From contig JBMORA010000064.1 of the NCBI GenBank assembly GCA_049320885.1, positions 1 through 64,000 of the forward strand: a stretch of DNA of 64,000 bases, given 5' to 3'. This stretch comes from Thermodesulfobacteriota bacterium. Its GTDB lineage: Bacteria > Desulfobacterota > Desulfobacteria > Desulfobacterales > SURF-7. The position numbers and the translations under genes are program-made. The notes under the pieces were generated by a model, which had not been told where the DNA came from, did not search any database, and saw nothing but the letters and a program-made list of their open reading frames with translations. This document shows positions 37,558-46,852 of this stretch, piece by piece; position 1 is the first letter of the stretch, and every line of letters begins with the position of its first letter.

Positions 37558-38853
37558 CTATTCCGGTTCGTCCAGATGGAACAATTTCCGGGTCATATCG
37601 ATGTATACGGCTTTATCGCCGTGACAGCCGTTGCCCTTTAACAACAACGCCGGATCATGGAGGATTTTTTTCACTACCGCGTCGGCCATCCGGTTCATGG
37701 CCAGCCGGTCGGTTTCGGAGAGGTGCTTCAAACCGTGAACTGTTTTTTCCACCTCCGATTTGACGATCCGGTCCAGCTTGTCCCGCAGATCGACAATCGT
37801 CGGCACCACATCCAGATTGTCCTGCCATTCCTGAAATTTAATGACCGCTTCGTCGACAATACGTTCCGCCTTGACCGCCTCTTTACGGCGTTCGTCCAGA
37901 TTTTCGTCGATAATGCCTTTAAGATCGTCAATATCATAGACATAGGCATTATGGATTTTATTGACTGCGGGCTCGATATCACGGGGAACGGCGATATCGA
38001 TAAAAAAAAGCGGCCTGTTTTTTCGGCTGCGCATGATATCCTTCACCTGGGTGCAGGTGACCATATATCCGGGCGCACCGGTGGAGCTGATGATGATATC
38101 CACCTTCTTCAAATGCTCCGGGATCTCTTCCACCCGGATAGCCTGGCCTTTGAAGCGTTCGGCCAGTTCAACCCCGCGCATGAAGGTACGGTTGGCGACA
38201 TATACCGTTCCAACCCTCAGCCGGACAAGATGTTCCACCGCCAGTTCGGCCATTTCTCCAGCGCCGATGAGTAATACCTGCTTGGAATTGAGATCGCCGA
38301 AGATTTTTCGGGCCAGTTCCGCGGCGGCGTAACTCACTGAAACAGCGCTGTCGCCGATGCCCGTTTCCGTCCGTACTTTTTTGGCCACGAAAAAGGCCCG
38401 ATGCAGCAGGCGATTCAACAGTACGCCGGAGGTCTTCTTGAGCGTCGCGATCCGATAGGCCTCCTTGATTTGTCCAAGAATCTGAGGTTCACCGATGATC
38501 ATGGAATCCAGACTGGCGGCGACTTTGAACAAATGCCGGATGGCGTTTTCATTGTCGTGGATATACAAGGCGTTTTCAAATTGGGAAACCCGAATCCCTT
38601 TGAATTCGGCAATGTGGGTTTTGGCAGCATCGATGGCCGCCCGGCGGTCCGCGGCGGTCATCAGAAGTTCCATCCGGTTGCAGGTGGAATAAATAATCAG
38701 CTCGATAATCGACGGCTGGGCGTGCAACCGCACCAGTGAGTCCTCTGTCTCTTCCCTGGAAAAGGCGACGCATTCGCGCAATTCGATGGGAGCGGTTTTA
38801 TGATTCAGCCCCACTATAAGGATTTCCGCTCGATTTGGTTTCATGCTTTCCAA
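37558..38853 (-). CDS. hemA: Glutamyl-tRNA reductase
   Basis: GLNHKTAP, STCNR, GEPQILGQ, GAGEM, DIAVPRD. Confidence 0.97.
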   Translation of the reverse strand: MESMKPNRAEILIVGLNHKTAPIELRECVAFSREETEDSLVRLHAQPSIIELIIYSTCNRMELLMTAADRRAAIDAAKTHIAEFKGIRVSQFENALYIHDNENAIRHLFKVAASLDSMIIGEPQILGQIKEAYRIATLKKTSGVLLNRLLHRAFFVAKKVRTETGIGDSAVSVSYAAAELARKIFGDLNSKQVLLIGAGEMAELAVEHLVRLRVGTVYVANRTFMRGVELAERFKGQAIRVEEIPEHLKKVDIIISSTGAPGYMVTCTQVKDIMRSRKNRPLFFIDIAVPRDIEPAVNKIHNAYVYDIDDLKGIIDENLDERRKEAVKAERIVDEAVIKFQEWQDNLDVVPTIVDLRDKLDRIVKSEVEKTVHGLKHLSETDRLAMNRMADAVVKKILHDPALLLKGNGCHGDKAVYIDMTRKLFHLDEPE

Positions 38854-38934
38854 TACGGTATTCTCGCCCTGTCTTCCGCCGGTATGTGTTCCACCGGCTT
38901 GAATTTAGATTGTTCCCTCCATCCGGTCGGGCAG

Positions 38935-39756
38935 CTACAATCGGGTGAACGGATCATGGTGCCCCTGCAGGAAAAAATTGACTCCGAAAAAGGTGAACAG
39001 GAGTGCGCAAAACCCGATAATGGCCATGATGGCGGCCTTCCGTCCCCGCCAGCCGACGGTCAGGCGTTGATGCAGCAACGCGACGTAAACCAGCCAGGAA
39101 ATAATCGACCAGACTTCTTTCGTGTCCCATGACCAGAACCTCCCCCACACGGACTTGGCATAGACAAATCCGGAAATCAATCCAAGGGTCAGCAGAATGA
39201 ATCCGACCACGATACAGGCATAGCCGGTTGAATCGAGCAAGTCCAGAGAAGGCAGGCGCTTGAAAAAAAAACCATGTTTCTTGTTTTTTATGGCGTATTC
39301 CTGGATGAGGTAAAAAATGCTCACTCCACAGGCCAATGCAAACGCTGCCTCGCCGATAAAAATCGTGATTACATGGACCGTCAGCCAGAAACTCTTGAAC
39401 AGGCTTGCGGTTTCCGGCGGGTGATTCGGAAGCTGGGAGGCCGTGATCATGGTCAATGCAGCCAGGGGGGCAGCGTAAATGCCTAGAATTTTTAGATCGA
39501 ATTTATACCGCAGCAGTAGAAAAACACCGGCCACGGCCCAGGAGGCGATGGAAAGATTTTCAGCCAAATTGCGGGCCGGCAGCATTCCCTCGGAGATGGA
39601 AGCGGCGGTTATGGAAACGGAATGAACCAGAAAGCCGGCCAGGAGGAAATAATAACCTCCCTGCCGGGGTGCTTTTTTCTGGACGAACAGGTAAGCTGCA
39701 TAGAAGGCTGCGCTGAGAACATACAACAGAATAACCAGCATATTCAATCGGTGCAT
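38935..39756 (-). CDS. ccsA: Cytochrome c assembly membrane protein (CcsA/HemX-like)
   Basis: Multiple TMs, conserved His residues, WGRFWSWDTKE (WWD domain), GWRGRK. Confidence 0.88.
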   Translation of the reverse strand: MHRLNMLVILLYVLSAAFYAAYLFVQKKAPRQGGYYFLLAGFLVHSVSITAASISEGMLPARNLAENLSIASWAVAGVFLLLRYKFDLKILGIYAAPLAALTMITASQLPNHPPETASLFKSFWLTVHVITIFIGEAAFALACGVSIFYLIQEYAIKNKKHGFFFKRLPSLDLLDSTGYACIVVGFILLTLGLISGFVYAKSVWGRFWSWDTKEVWSIISWLVYVALLHQRLTVGWRGRKAAIMAIIGFCALLFTFFGVNFFLQGHHDPFTRL

Positions 39757-39792
39757 TCGCTTCGCCTTTCCCGCGGTAACTGTTTCCGGTCG

Positions 39793-40518
39793 TCAAGGGT
39801 TCCGCTGCGTAAGGTGGCGGTGTGGATAGCAACCATTGGCGGTCTTCGTTTCCCTTTCAGTCGGCACCGCCAATGAATCCACATCGAATCCTTCGCCGAG
39901 CAGGTTGCCTAGCAACCTATTGATATCCGACCTGCTGCCGCAACGGATCATTTCCAGGAGACCGCCTTCGATCAATGCCTCAAACAAGTGCTTATGGGCC
40001 TCCGGGGCATGCTCTTCCTCCAGCAGTTTTGCCCGGATCGCCCCCATCAGGCGAAGGAATTCCGCATACTCTTCGCCGAACTGTTTTTCGAGTTTTTCCC
40101 GGAGCGCTTTTGCAAAAGCAGGGCTTTTCCCGGAAGTTGAAACAGCGATGATCAGGTCGCCTCTTTCCACGATGGACGGCAGAATGAAATTGCAGGCATC
40201 GGGCACATCGGCGATATTGCAGAGCATGTTCAGGCGCTCTGCATCCCTGCTGATGCTGCGGTTCAAAACCGGGTCGCTGGTCGCGCCGATTACCAGGAAC
40301 ATGCCTTCGAGATCAGAGGGACGGTATGGACGCATGGCCACCGTGATGAGACCGGTTTCGGATAGTTCCCGGATATCCGGCGTTATGTCAGGGCTGACCA
40401 CCTGGACCAGCGCACCGGACTTCAAAAGGCCCCGGACCTTTCGAGCGCCCACGCTTCCTCCCCCCACCACCAGGCAGCTTCTGTTGCGGATATCAAGATT
40501 GACGGGATAGTATTTCAT
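39793..40518 (-). CDS. sirC: Precorrin-2 dehydrogenase / sirohydrochlorin ferrochelatase (SirC/CysG N-terminal)
   Basis: YYPVNL, VGGGSVGARK, AVSTSGKSP. Confidence 0.9.
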   Translation of the reverse strand: MKYYPVNLDIRNRSCLVVGGGSVGARKVRGLLKSGALVQVVSPDITPDIRELSETGLITVAMRPYRPSDLEGMFLVIGATSDPVLNRSISRDAERLNMLCNIADVPDACNFILPSIVERGDLIIAVSTSGKSPAFAKALREKLEKQFGEEYAEFLRLMGAIRAKLLEEEHAPEAHKHLFEALIEGGLLEMIRCGSRSDINRLLGNLLGEGFDVDSLAVPTERETKTANGCYPHRHLTQRNP

Positions 40519-40525
40519 CGCTTTT

Positions 40526-41323
40526 TTACGGCTGCAGGATTTCAAGCGGAATCCGCCATAAGTCCTCGGCCAGAAATAAGGTTCCAGCATAGGTGTTGCG
40601 GCATTGACCGGCAATGTCCGCTTGATCGCAATCCGGATAAAAATGTGTCAGGACCAGCATGCGCACACGCGCCCGTCTGGCGATTTCGCCGGCCAGGGAA
40701 GGAGTGAGATGGCCCGGCGCCTTGCTTCCATCCGGCAAGGCGGACTCGCAGATCAATACATCGGCCCCATCGGCAAGCACCACCAAGTCTTCCGAAAAAT
40801 CGGTGTCACCGGAATATACGACGGATATGCCGTCAGAGAAATTCAGTCGATAGGCCAGGCTTTCCGGGCGATGCTCCACCGGTGAGAACGAGACGGAGGT
40901 ACGATTTGTATGCCAACGGTCTTCAATGGCTGGATTCAGTTCCAGGATGCGAAACAATTGCGGCTCCAGCCGGATCCAGTTTCCATAAACCTGTTCCAGC
41001 CCGCTGAAAAATTTCCGGAAACCGGGGCCGCCGGATATGGTCAGGTTGTTTTTCCTGCGCGTGCTGTCCGGATAGTTGTTGGCGAACAGAAACGTCGCGA
41101 GTTCGCCGGTGTGATCCGGATGGAAATGGCTGAAAAAAATGTGAGTTACGTCAAAAACCGTGGTTCCGTGCTCCAGCAGGCGGCGCATGGTGCCGGGGCC
41201 TGCATCCAGCAGTATTGTTTCCGTCCCGGTCTCCACCAATACGGAACAGGCGCTCCGGCGCAGGGAGGGGACGCAGGTCCCGGTTCCCAATGTGGTGATA
41301 CGCGGGTGGTTATCCGATGACAT
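40526..41323 (-). CDS. MBL-fold metallo-hydrolase (RNase Z-like)
   Basis: LGTG, DAGPG, SHFHPDH, YSGDT, GHLT, LTHFYP. Confidence 0.9.
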   Translation of the reverse strand: MSSDNHPRITTLGTGTCVPSLRRSACSVLVETGTETILLDAGPGTMRRLLEHGTTVFDVTHIFFSHFHPDHTGELATFLFANNYPDSTRRKNNLTISGGPGFRKFFSGLEQVYGNWIRLEPQLFRILELNPAIEDRWHTNRTSVSFSPVEHRPESLAYRLNFSDGISVVYSGDTDFSEDLVVLADGADVLICESALPDGSKAPGHLTPSLAGEIARRARVRMLVLTHFYPDCDQADIAGQCRNTYAGTLFLAEDLWRIPLEILQP

Positions 41324-42329
41324 GGTCTTTTTTCCCGTCTTTTCTTTTACTGGAACTACGTTCCATCCTCTGGATCAACCATTGATGCTGACATTTATGG
41401 TCTTCCAGATCCACCAGTCCAGCCAAGGTCTCCAATGGTATTTCCGCCCGGGCCATGCTTTTATGGCCTCCAGCGGATCCGATCTGCCCGAAACAGTCCT
41501 TCACCATTTTCCCGGCATTTTTTTTCAGACCGTCGTTGCGGATGATCACCACCAGTTTTTTATCGTATATCCCGGACACGATGCTCCATTTGATGGAGTG
41601 GATCCGCATGAAGAAATCGGCTATGACCACGCAGACATCCGGATTCAGAACGGCTCCGAGATGGACATAGGCGCGTCCCCTCCGGATGCATTTTCTTTCT
41701 ATGGCCATCTGAAAATATTTTAAAAAATCGAGCCGCAGATCCGCCTGCTCAAGCCTTCGCACCAGGTGCATGTTGGCCAGCCGGAAAAGAAATTGAAACG
41801 CCCGCACATCTTCGATGAGGGCCTGTTGTTCAAAATCTCCGGTATCGGTCTTGATGGCGTAAAAAAGGGCCGTGGCCAGTTTGGCCGAGGGTCGTATCTT
41901 TGCCGCCTGAAGATATTCGGTCAGGATGGTGGCCGTGGCTCCGTACTTGGGCCGGATATCCGTATGGGCGGCTGCCGGCAGGGTGTCCGGATGATGATCG
42001 ATGATGACATCGAAAGTATATCGGCTGAAGGATTCGTGGTGGTTCGGCTGGGAGTCCACCAGCACGAACCGGTTGAAACGGCTTTTATCCATGTCTTTTT
42101 CGTAGCTGAGATTGATGCTCAGGGTCCGGATCATGGTCAAGTTATCCGGTCGTTTGATCAGGTTGACATGGGTGATGGCCACATGGGCAACTTTTCGCCA
42201 CAGCAGGCGTTTGACGGCCATAGCACTGGCAATGGCGTCCGGATCCGCGTTGATGACGATCAGGACCTGATCGTCCCCCTTGAAACGTTCATAAAAGCGA
42301 CGCATTCTTTCCGAAGAAGAAATGCCCAT
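41310..42329 (-). CDS. DHH family phosphoesterase
   Basis: ADPDAIAS, LVDS, IIDHH, IKTDT, SAGGH. Confidence 0.92.
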   Translation of the reverse strand: MGISSSERMRRFYERFKGDDQVLIVINADPDAIASAMAVKRLLWRKVAHVAITHVNLIKRPDNLTMIRTLSINLSYEKDMDKSRFNRFVLVDSQPNHHESFSRYTFDVIIDHHPDTLPAAAHTDIRPKYGATATILTEYLQAAKIRPSAKLATALFYAIKTDTGDFEQQALIEDVRAFQFLFRLANMHLVRRLEQADLRLDFLKYFQMAIERKCIRRGRAYVHLGAVLNPDVCVVIADFFMRIHSIKWSIVSGIYDKKLVVIIRNDGLKKNAGKMVKDCFGQIGSAGGHKSMARAEIPLETLAGLVDLEDHKCQHQWLIQRMERSSSKRKDGKKDHVIG

Positions 42330-42408
42330 ATTCAAATACCTTGCCTTGTTGACCCGTGACTATCCGGTTGAACCCTGACAATTGATCAAATTTTACATGA
42401 TACGATTT

Positions 42409-43440
42409 TCATTTTTGCATTACAATAGATTTTTCCGGGGATGGGTATATGCCCTGGAAGCGGTTTCGCGGATCCCCGGTTTCCAGTTTGCGGCTGAAAT
42501 CGTTGATAAGAGAGACGATCTCTTCCCGGGTTGATGCGGTGGTGAGACTTTCCCGGAAAGCGGCACTGTGGGGAAACCCTTTCACAAACCACGGCAACCG
42601 ACTGCGCATGATGCGGCAGGCATGCACCTCGCCGAAATAGGCGATGGATGCATCCAGAAACCGGAAGATCATCTCAAAATGAAGCGGCAGGTCTATTCGG
42701 GGTATCGGCTTACCATCCAACCTGGCCAGCACTTGAGAAAACAGCAGAGGGTTTCCGATGGCGCCCCGGCCGATCATGATGCCGTCGCAACCGGTTTCCG
42801 CCAGCATCCGGGCGGCGTCTTCAGCGGAGACGATGTCGCCGTTGCCGATCAAGGGAATGCGTAACCGGGGCTTCATGGCGGCGATCAGGGACCATGCGGC
42901 CTTGCCCCCAAATCCCTGGCCAGCTGTTCTTGGGTGCAGGATAACGGCGTCCACACCGCAGTCCTGGGCAATGGCGGCAATCTGAAATGCCTGGGCTCCC
43001 GAGGAGTCCCAACCACTTCGAATTTTGACGGTCAAGGGAATGTCAACGGCCGCCCGGACTGCCCGAAAGATTTTTTCCGCCAGATCCGGCGTCCGCATGA
43101 GGGCAACCCCTGCCCCGGTTTTTACCACTTTTTTTACGGAACAGCCCATGTTGATATCCAGGACGTCGGCGCCGGCGGCAGCCGCTATGCCGGCCGCCTT
43201 GGCCATGATGTCGGGTTGGGTGCCGAAAATCTGTATGGAAAGTGGTTTCTCGGCCGGAAGACTTTCCATCAGGCGCAGGGTTTTAGCGGAGCCGTAGAGC
43301 AACCCGTTGGCGCTGACCATTTCCGAGCAGACCAACCCGCAACCGGCTTCCTTGGCCAGCAGCCGCAGCGGAAGATTACTGATGCCGGCGAGCGGAGCGA
43401 AAATCACATTGTTCCGAAGTGTCAGGTTGCCGATTTTCAT
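42409..43440 (-). CDS. dusB: tRNA-dihydrouridine synthase B
   Basis: APLAG, SEMVS, DINMGC, TVKIRSGW, HPRT, GNGDI, IGRG. Confidence 0.93.
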   Translation of the reverse strand: MKIGNLTLRNNVIFAPLAGISNLPLRLLAKEAGCGLVCSEMVSANGLLYGSAKTLRLMESLPAEKPLSIQIFGTQPDIMAKAAGIAAAAGADVLDINMGCSVKKVVKTGAGVALMRTPDLAEKIFRAVRAAVDIPLTVKIRSGWDSSGAQAFQIAAIAQDCGVDAVILHPRTAGQGFGGKAAWSLIAAMKPRLRIPLIGNGDIVSAEDAARMLAETGCDGIMIGRGAIGNPLLFSQVLARLDGKPIPRIDLPLHFEMIFRFLDASIAYFGEVHACRIMRSRLPWFVKGFPHSAAFRESLTTASTREEIVSLINDFSRKLETGDPRNRFQGIYPSPEKSIVMQK

Positions 43441-43444
43441 ATGG

Positions 43445-44341
43445 TTATTCACGGGCGGGGATGCGGCCATCCGACGGATTGGCGTAGCAATACAAGCAGC
43501 GATGATGGCAGGGGTGCAATTCATAGGAACCGATATCCGTGGAAATCATGCAACCGCAGCCGGCGGAGTGCCGCTGGCCGCGGTCCTTCTGAAGGCGCAG
43601 ACGGCCTCCGTGAAGCGCCATCAGATAGTCGTTCGGTATGCAGGCCCCGGCGACAACCGGTTTGCCTTCCGGTAGAGCGGACAACACCTCCTTTTCGCAG
43701 CAGACGAGCAGTTGCATGGACAATTTTTCAAGCCGGGCCTGCAGTCGCGATACAATGGCGACTTTTTCTCCCAGCGACGGTTCGATAAAACGGATATTAC
43801 TGGCGTCGATCGCCGCTCGCCGAAGCACTTTGCGGTAGGGGTCCATGAAGCTGGTGACGCAGCGTCGGACGCCAAGAGTTGCCGCGGCCTCGCTGATGAG
43901 ATCAAATGCATGTAAATTGTCAAAAACAGCACCGGCCGAGTCCTGATAATGACAGACGGGATCGAAGCGCCATTGAATCGAATCCGGTCCGAATTGCTCA
44001 CAAAGCCGGGTCAATTGCTGAAGCCGGTTGGCCAAGGGGGGCAGGTTCGGCTCCAGGATTTTATCTTCGGAATTGATCGTGAAATTGAAGAATAAATGAT
44101 ACCCTTTTCCCCGGAGCTTCTCGCCGTATCTTTCCCAAAGGAATGTGTTGAAATCCTTGGACCAGAATACAATGGTGTGAACCGGCCCCGCTTTTGCGGG
44201 GATCCGGTTGATATGATTCGTATAGGGGTTGCGCACTTCAAATACGCCGGTTTCGATCCGCTCCATGAACCAGGGCATGTAAAAAGCCGGGATATCGGTC
44301 CTTCGGGAAGCGGAAATCACGATTTGAAAATCAGATGCCAT
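43445..44341 (-). CDS. DUF1848 family protein
   Basis: ISASRRTDIPAFY, IVFWSK, WRFDP, C-terminal C-x3-C-x-Y-C-Y-A-N. Confidence 0.9.
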   Translation of the reverse strand: MASDFQIVISASRRTDIPAFYMPWFMERIETGVFEVRNPYTNHINRIPAKAGPVHTIVFWSKDFNTFLWERYGEKLRGKGYHLFFNFTINSEDKILEPNLPPLANRLQQLTRLCEQFGPDSIQWRFDPVCHYQDSAGAVFDNLHAFDLISEAAATLGVRRCVTSFMDPYRKVLRRAAIDASNIRFIEPSLGEKVAIVSRLQARLEKLSMQLLVCCEKEVLSALPEGKPVVAGACIPNDYLMALHGGRLRLQKDRGQRHSAGCGCMISTDIGSYELHPCHHRCLYCYANPSDGRIPARE

Positions 44342-44360
44342 CTGTGCCAACTGCGGGGCA

Positions 44361-44711
44361 TTACCGCTTCTTAATCGTTGATAGGGAGATGACCTTGCCT
44401 TTGGGCGCGCTGTCGCTTCCCGAATGGGAAGGGCTCGGTGTTTCCGGTTCCGCTGTTTCATCTCGCTGGGCCGGTTCTTCCGGAGGGACAACCCGTTCGA
44501 GACGCATCCGATTGCCCCCCATGGTGTATTCAGCGCCGTTGATGTAGTCGTTTTTCAAAATCCATGTAATGGTTTGCAGGGGTATTTGCAGCAACAGCAG
44601 CTTGACATGATACCAATCCTTTTTTGCGTCCGGTTGTATGGATTCCACCCTGGCAAAGCCGGCGGGCTTATCTTCGAAATAAATCAGGACAATATCCTTT
44701 TCCTGGGTCAT
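44361..44711 (-). CDS. Hypothetical protein
   Basis: FARVE-x-I-x-P-D-x-K-x-D-W-Y-H-V-K-L-L-L-L-Q-I-P; ends KVISL; first gene of the dusB run. Confidence 0.75.
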   Translation of the reverse strand: MTQEKDIVLIYFEDKPAGFARVESIQPDAKKDWYHVKLLLLQIPLQTITWILKNDYINGAEYTMGGNRMRLERVVPPEEPAQRDETAEPETPSPSHSGSDSAPKGKVISLSTIKKR

Positions 44712-45051
44712 TGCGTTCTGCCTCTTCGATAATAATGAGTCGATTTTCATGCCACCTTTCAATAACGCATATGCAGGATGGTTTGTGTGGTTGTCAAACA
44801 CTATTTGGCGGCAACTGTCATTCGCGAGTTCCTTGGTTTTTCCGTTTTTGACTTTCCAGCGGCTTTTTGATAAAAGACAATGTTGGCCCTATGGGTGAAA
44901 GTCAAGGGGTCGGAAGGGGAATGAGCGGAAGAACAGGATCGTCGTCCTTTCATTTCCAGGGCCCGCAGCGTGTAACCGGATGGGAAACATCAACCCCTGG
45001 AATATTTGTTGATATCGAGAGAGGGCTGGTTTTTAATGATTATAAATAATA

Positions 45052-45070
45052 TTCAAGATACTATCTTGAA
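45052..45070. promoter_or_regulatory. Perfect palindrome, candidate transcription-factor site
   Basis: TTCAAGATA-C-TATCTTGAA. Confidence 0.55.
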
Positions 45071-45180
45071 GGTAGGGCTGCGGCGGTCAACTTTGGTTGC
45101 AGGGGTTCCGCAGGGGCCGTCGCCCGCTGGACATAACAAATACCGTAAAAATACCGGGATTGTCGGCTCCCGTTTTTGTC

Positions 45181-45196
45181 TGGCATGCCTTATGCT
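45181..45196 (+). promoter_or_regulatory. Sigma54 (-24/-12) promoter
   Basis: TGGCAT-GCCTT-ATGCT; GG-N10-GC, 70 bp upstream of the CDS at 45266. Confidence 0.6.
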
Positions 45197-45265
45197 TTTC
45201 ACTGGCAGATGAATTGATCAGCAGCCGTTTGGAACCGGAATCATCCAAAGAGGATTTCAAGACAA

Positions 45266-46246
45266 ATGAATCAGACGAATATGGTTCAATTTGAAAAACC
45301 GAACCTTGCCGCATTGACAAAACAATACACCGTGGTGGATTTGCATTATCATACCCGTCATTCGGATGGCCAGGCCACCGTGGAACAGGTTGCCGAACAT
45401 GCCCGTTCCCTGGGGATCGGTGTGGCCATCACGGATCACAATGAAATCAAAGGCGCCCTGGAAATCGATGCTTATGATGATATACTCAGTATCCCCGGCA
45501 TTGAAATCACCTCCAGAGAAGGCACGCATCTGCTGGTGTATTTTTATGACACGAACAGCCTGAAAGCCTTCTATCAGAAGGATATCCAGCCCTATATGGG
45601 ACATACGGTCATGAGTTCCATCTCGCTGACCATAGAGGAGATCGTACTGCGCGCCCGGACCTATAAAACCCTGATTGTTTTCCCCCACCCCTTTAGCGCT
45701 GTGTACACGGGAATCTGCAATTTTTATTTTTCCAAGGAGCGCCTGGCGAAAATTTTTGAATTGGTGGACGGTGTGGAGGTTATCAATGCGGAAAACATGC
45801 ACAAATGGAATCTGAAGAGTGCCGTTCTCGGGTTCAACATCGAAAAAAGCATGACCGGCGGCAGTGATGGACATAAGTTGAAAGACATGGGAAACGCTGT
45901 CTGCTATGCCGCCTGTGACGGCAACCGGGCTGCATTCCTGGATGCTCTCAGGCAGCGAAGCAACAAGGTGGTCGGCAAGGAGATCGCTATTCTTGAAAAG
46001 GTGACATCCAACGGCGCCAAGCTTAAGATAAACATTAATAATTATCCAGATTTAATAGAAAAAAATATTAAATACGGGTACACCGTGCTGCATTCGAAAT
46101 CCATATCGGCACGGACCACAATGAAACAACATTTCTCCCGCGGTCTGAAAAGAAGAATCTCGCGCCTGATACCGGCCTATGGATGGCTGCGCTACGGTCA
46201 CAATCTGGCCGCCCTGATCTATCTATTGCCCTTGATCACCGGATAG
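45266..46246 (+). CDS. PHP-domain protein
   Basis: DLHYHTRHSDG, ITDHN, PGIE, PHPF, GGSDGH. Confidence 0.9.
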   Translation: MNQTNMVQFEKPNLAALTKQYTVVDLHYHTRHSDGQATVEQVAEHARSLGIGVAITDHNEIKGALEIDAYDDILSIPGIEITSREGTHLLVYFYDTNSLKAFYQKDIQPYMGHTVMSSISLTIEEIVLRARTYKTLIVFPHPFSAVYTGICNFYFSKERLAKIFELVDGVEVINAENMHKWNLKSAVLGFNIEKSMTGGSDGHKLKDMGNAVCYAACDGNRAAFLDALRQRSNKVVGKEIAILEKVTSNGAKLKININNYPDLIEKNIKYGYTVLHSKSISARTTMKQHFSRGLKRRISRLIPAYGWLRYGHNLAALIYLLPLITG

Positions 46247-46364
46247 GGGCATCCGGCGCATCTCATGTATTGTTCTGGAGTCGATCGTCCAGACGGGCAG
46301 GAATTCGTCTTGCTATTCAGGACAGGGCGCCGCGACCATGATGGGTATCGGGCTGGAAAACGTT

Positions 46365-46811
46365 TCAGGCCGATCCGAGTGGCTTGACATCTTTCAGGCC
46401 GTTGGTGGTATCCCGGTCACCGGTGTCGGCGGTTGAGGACTGGTTTCTGGCCGATTCCACCATAAACGCGATTTTGGAGATGATCAAACCCCGGATAAGG
46501 AAACCGATGGCAAATTCCTGGGATCTGCGCAGCGCTTTAATATCCAATGCGGCCATGATTTCTCCCATGGCCGGCAACACCATTCCGTTGATTTCCTTGG
46601 AGACCGTATCCAATTCATGGTGCTGATCAGCGCCCCAGACCGCTGGAACGATATAAGTGATCGGTTTGGCAAGAAGGATGTGGAAATACTTTCGAAAAAT
46701 ATCGTGGGCCACCACATCGATCAGGGGGCCGATGATTTTGGCGATGGCCATGATATCTTCCCGTTCCGGAGGCTTTCGCTTATGAATGAAGCGTTTCAGT
46801 AATGATATCAT
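46365..46811 (-). CDS. Hypothetical protein (start uncertain)
   Basis: Protein-like ORF (YIVPAVWG) directly downstream of the hybrid kinase. Confidence 0.65.
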   Translation of the reverse strand: MISLLKRFIHKRKPPEREDIMAIAKIIGPLIDVVAHDIFRKYFHILLAKPITYIVPAVWGADQHHELDTVSKEINGMVLPAMGEIMAALDIKALRRSQEFAIGFLIRGLIISKIAFMVESARNQSSTADTGDRDTTNGLKDVKPLGSA

Positions 46812-46852
46812 TATGTTCCATGCTTTTAATACGAGGCCGGTTCCTGGCATCA

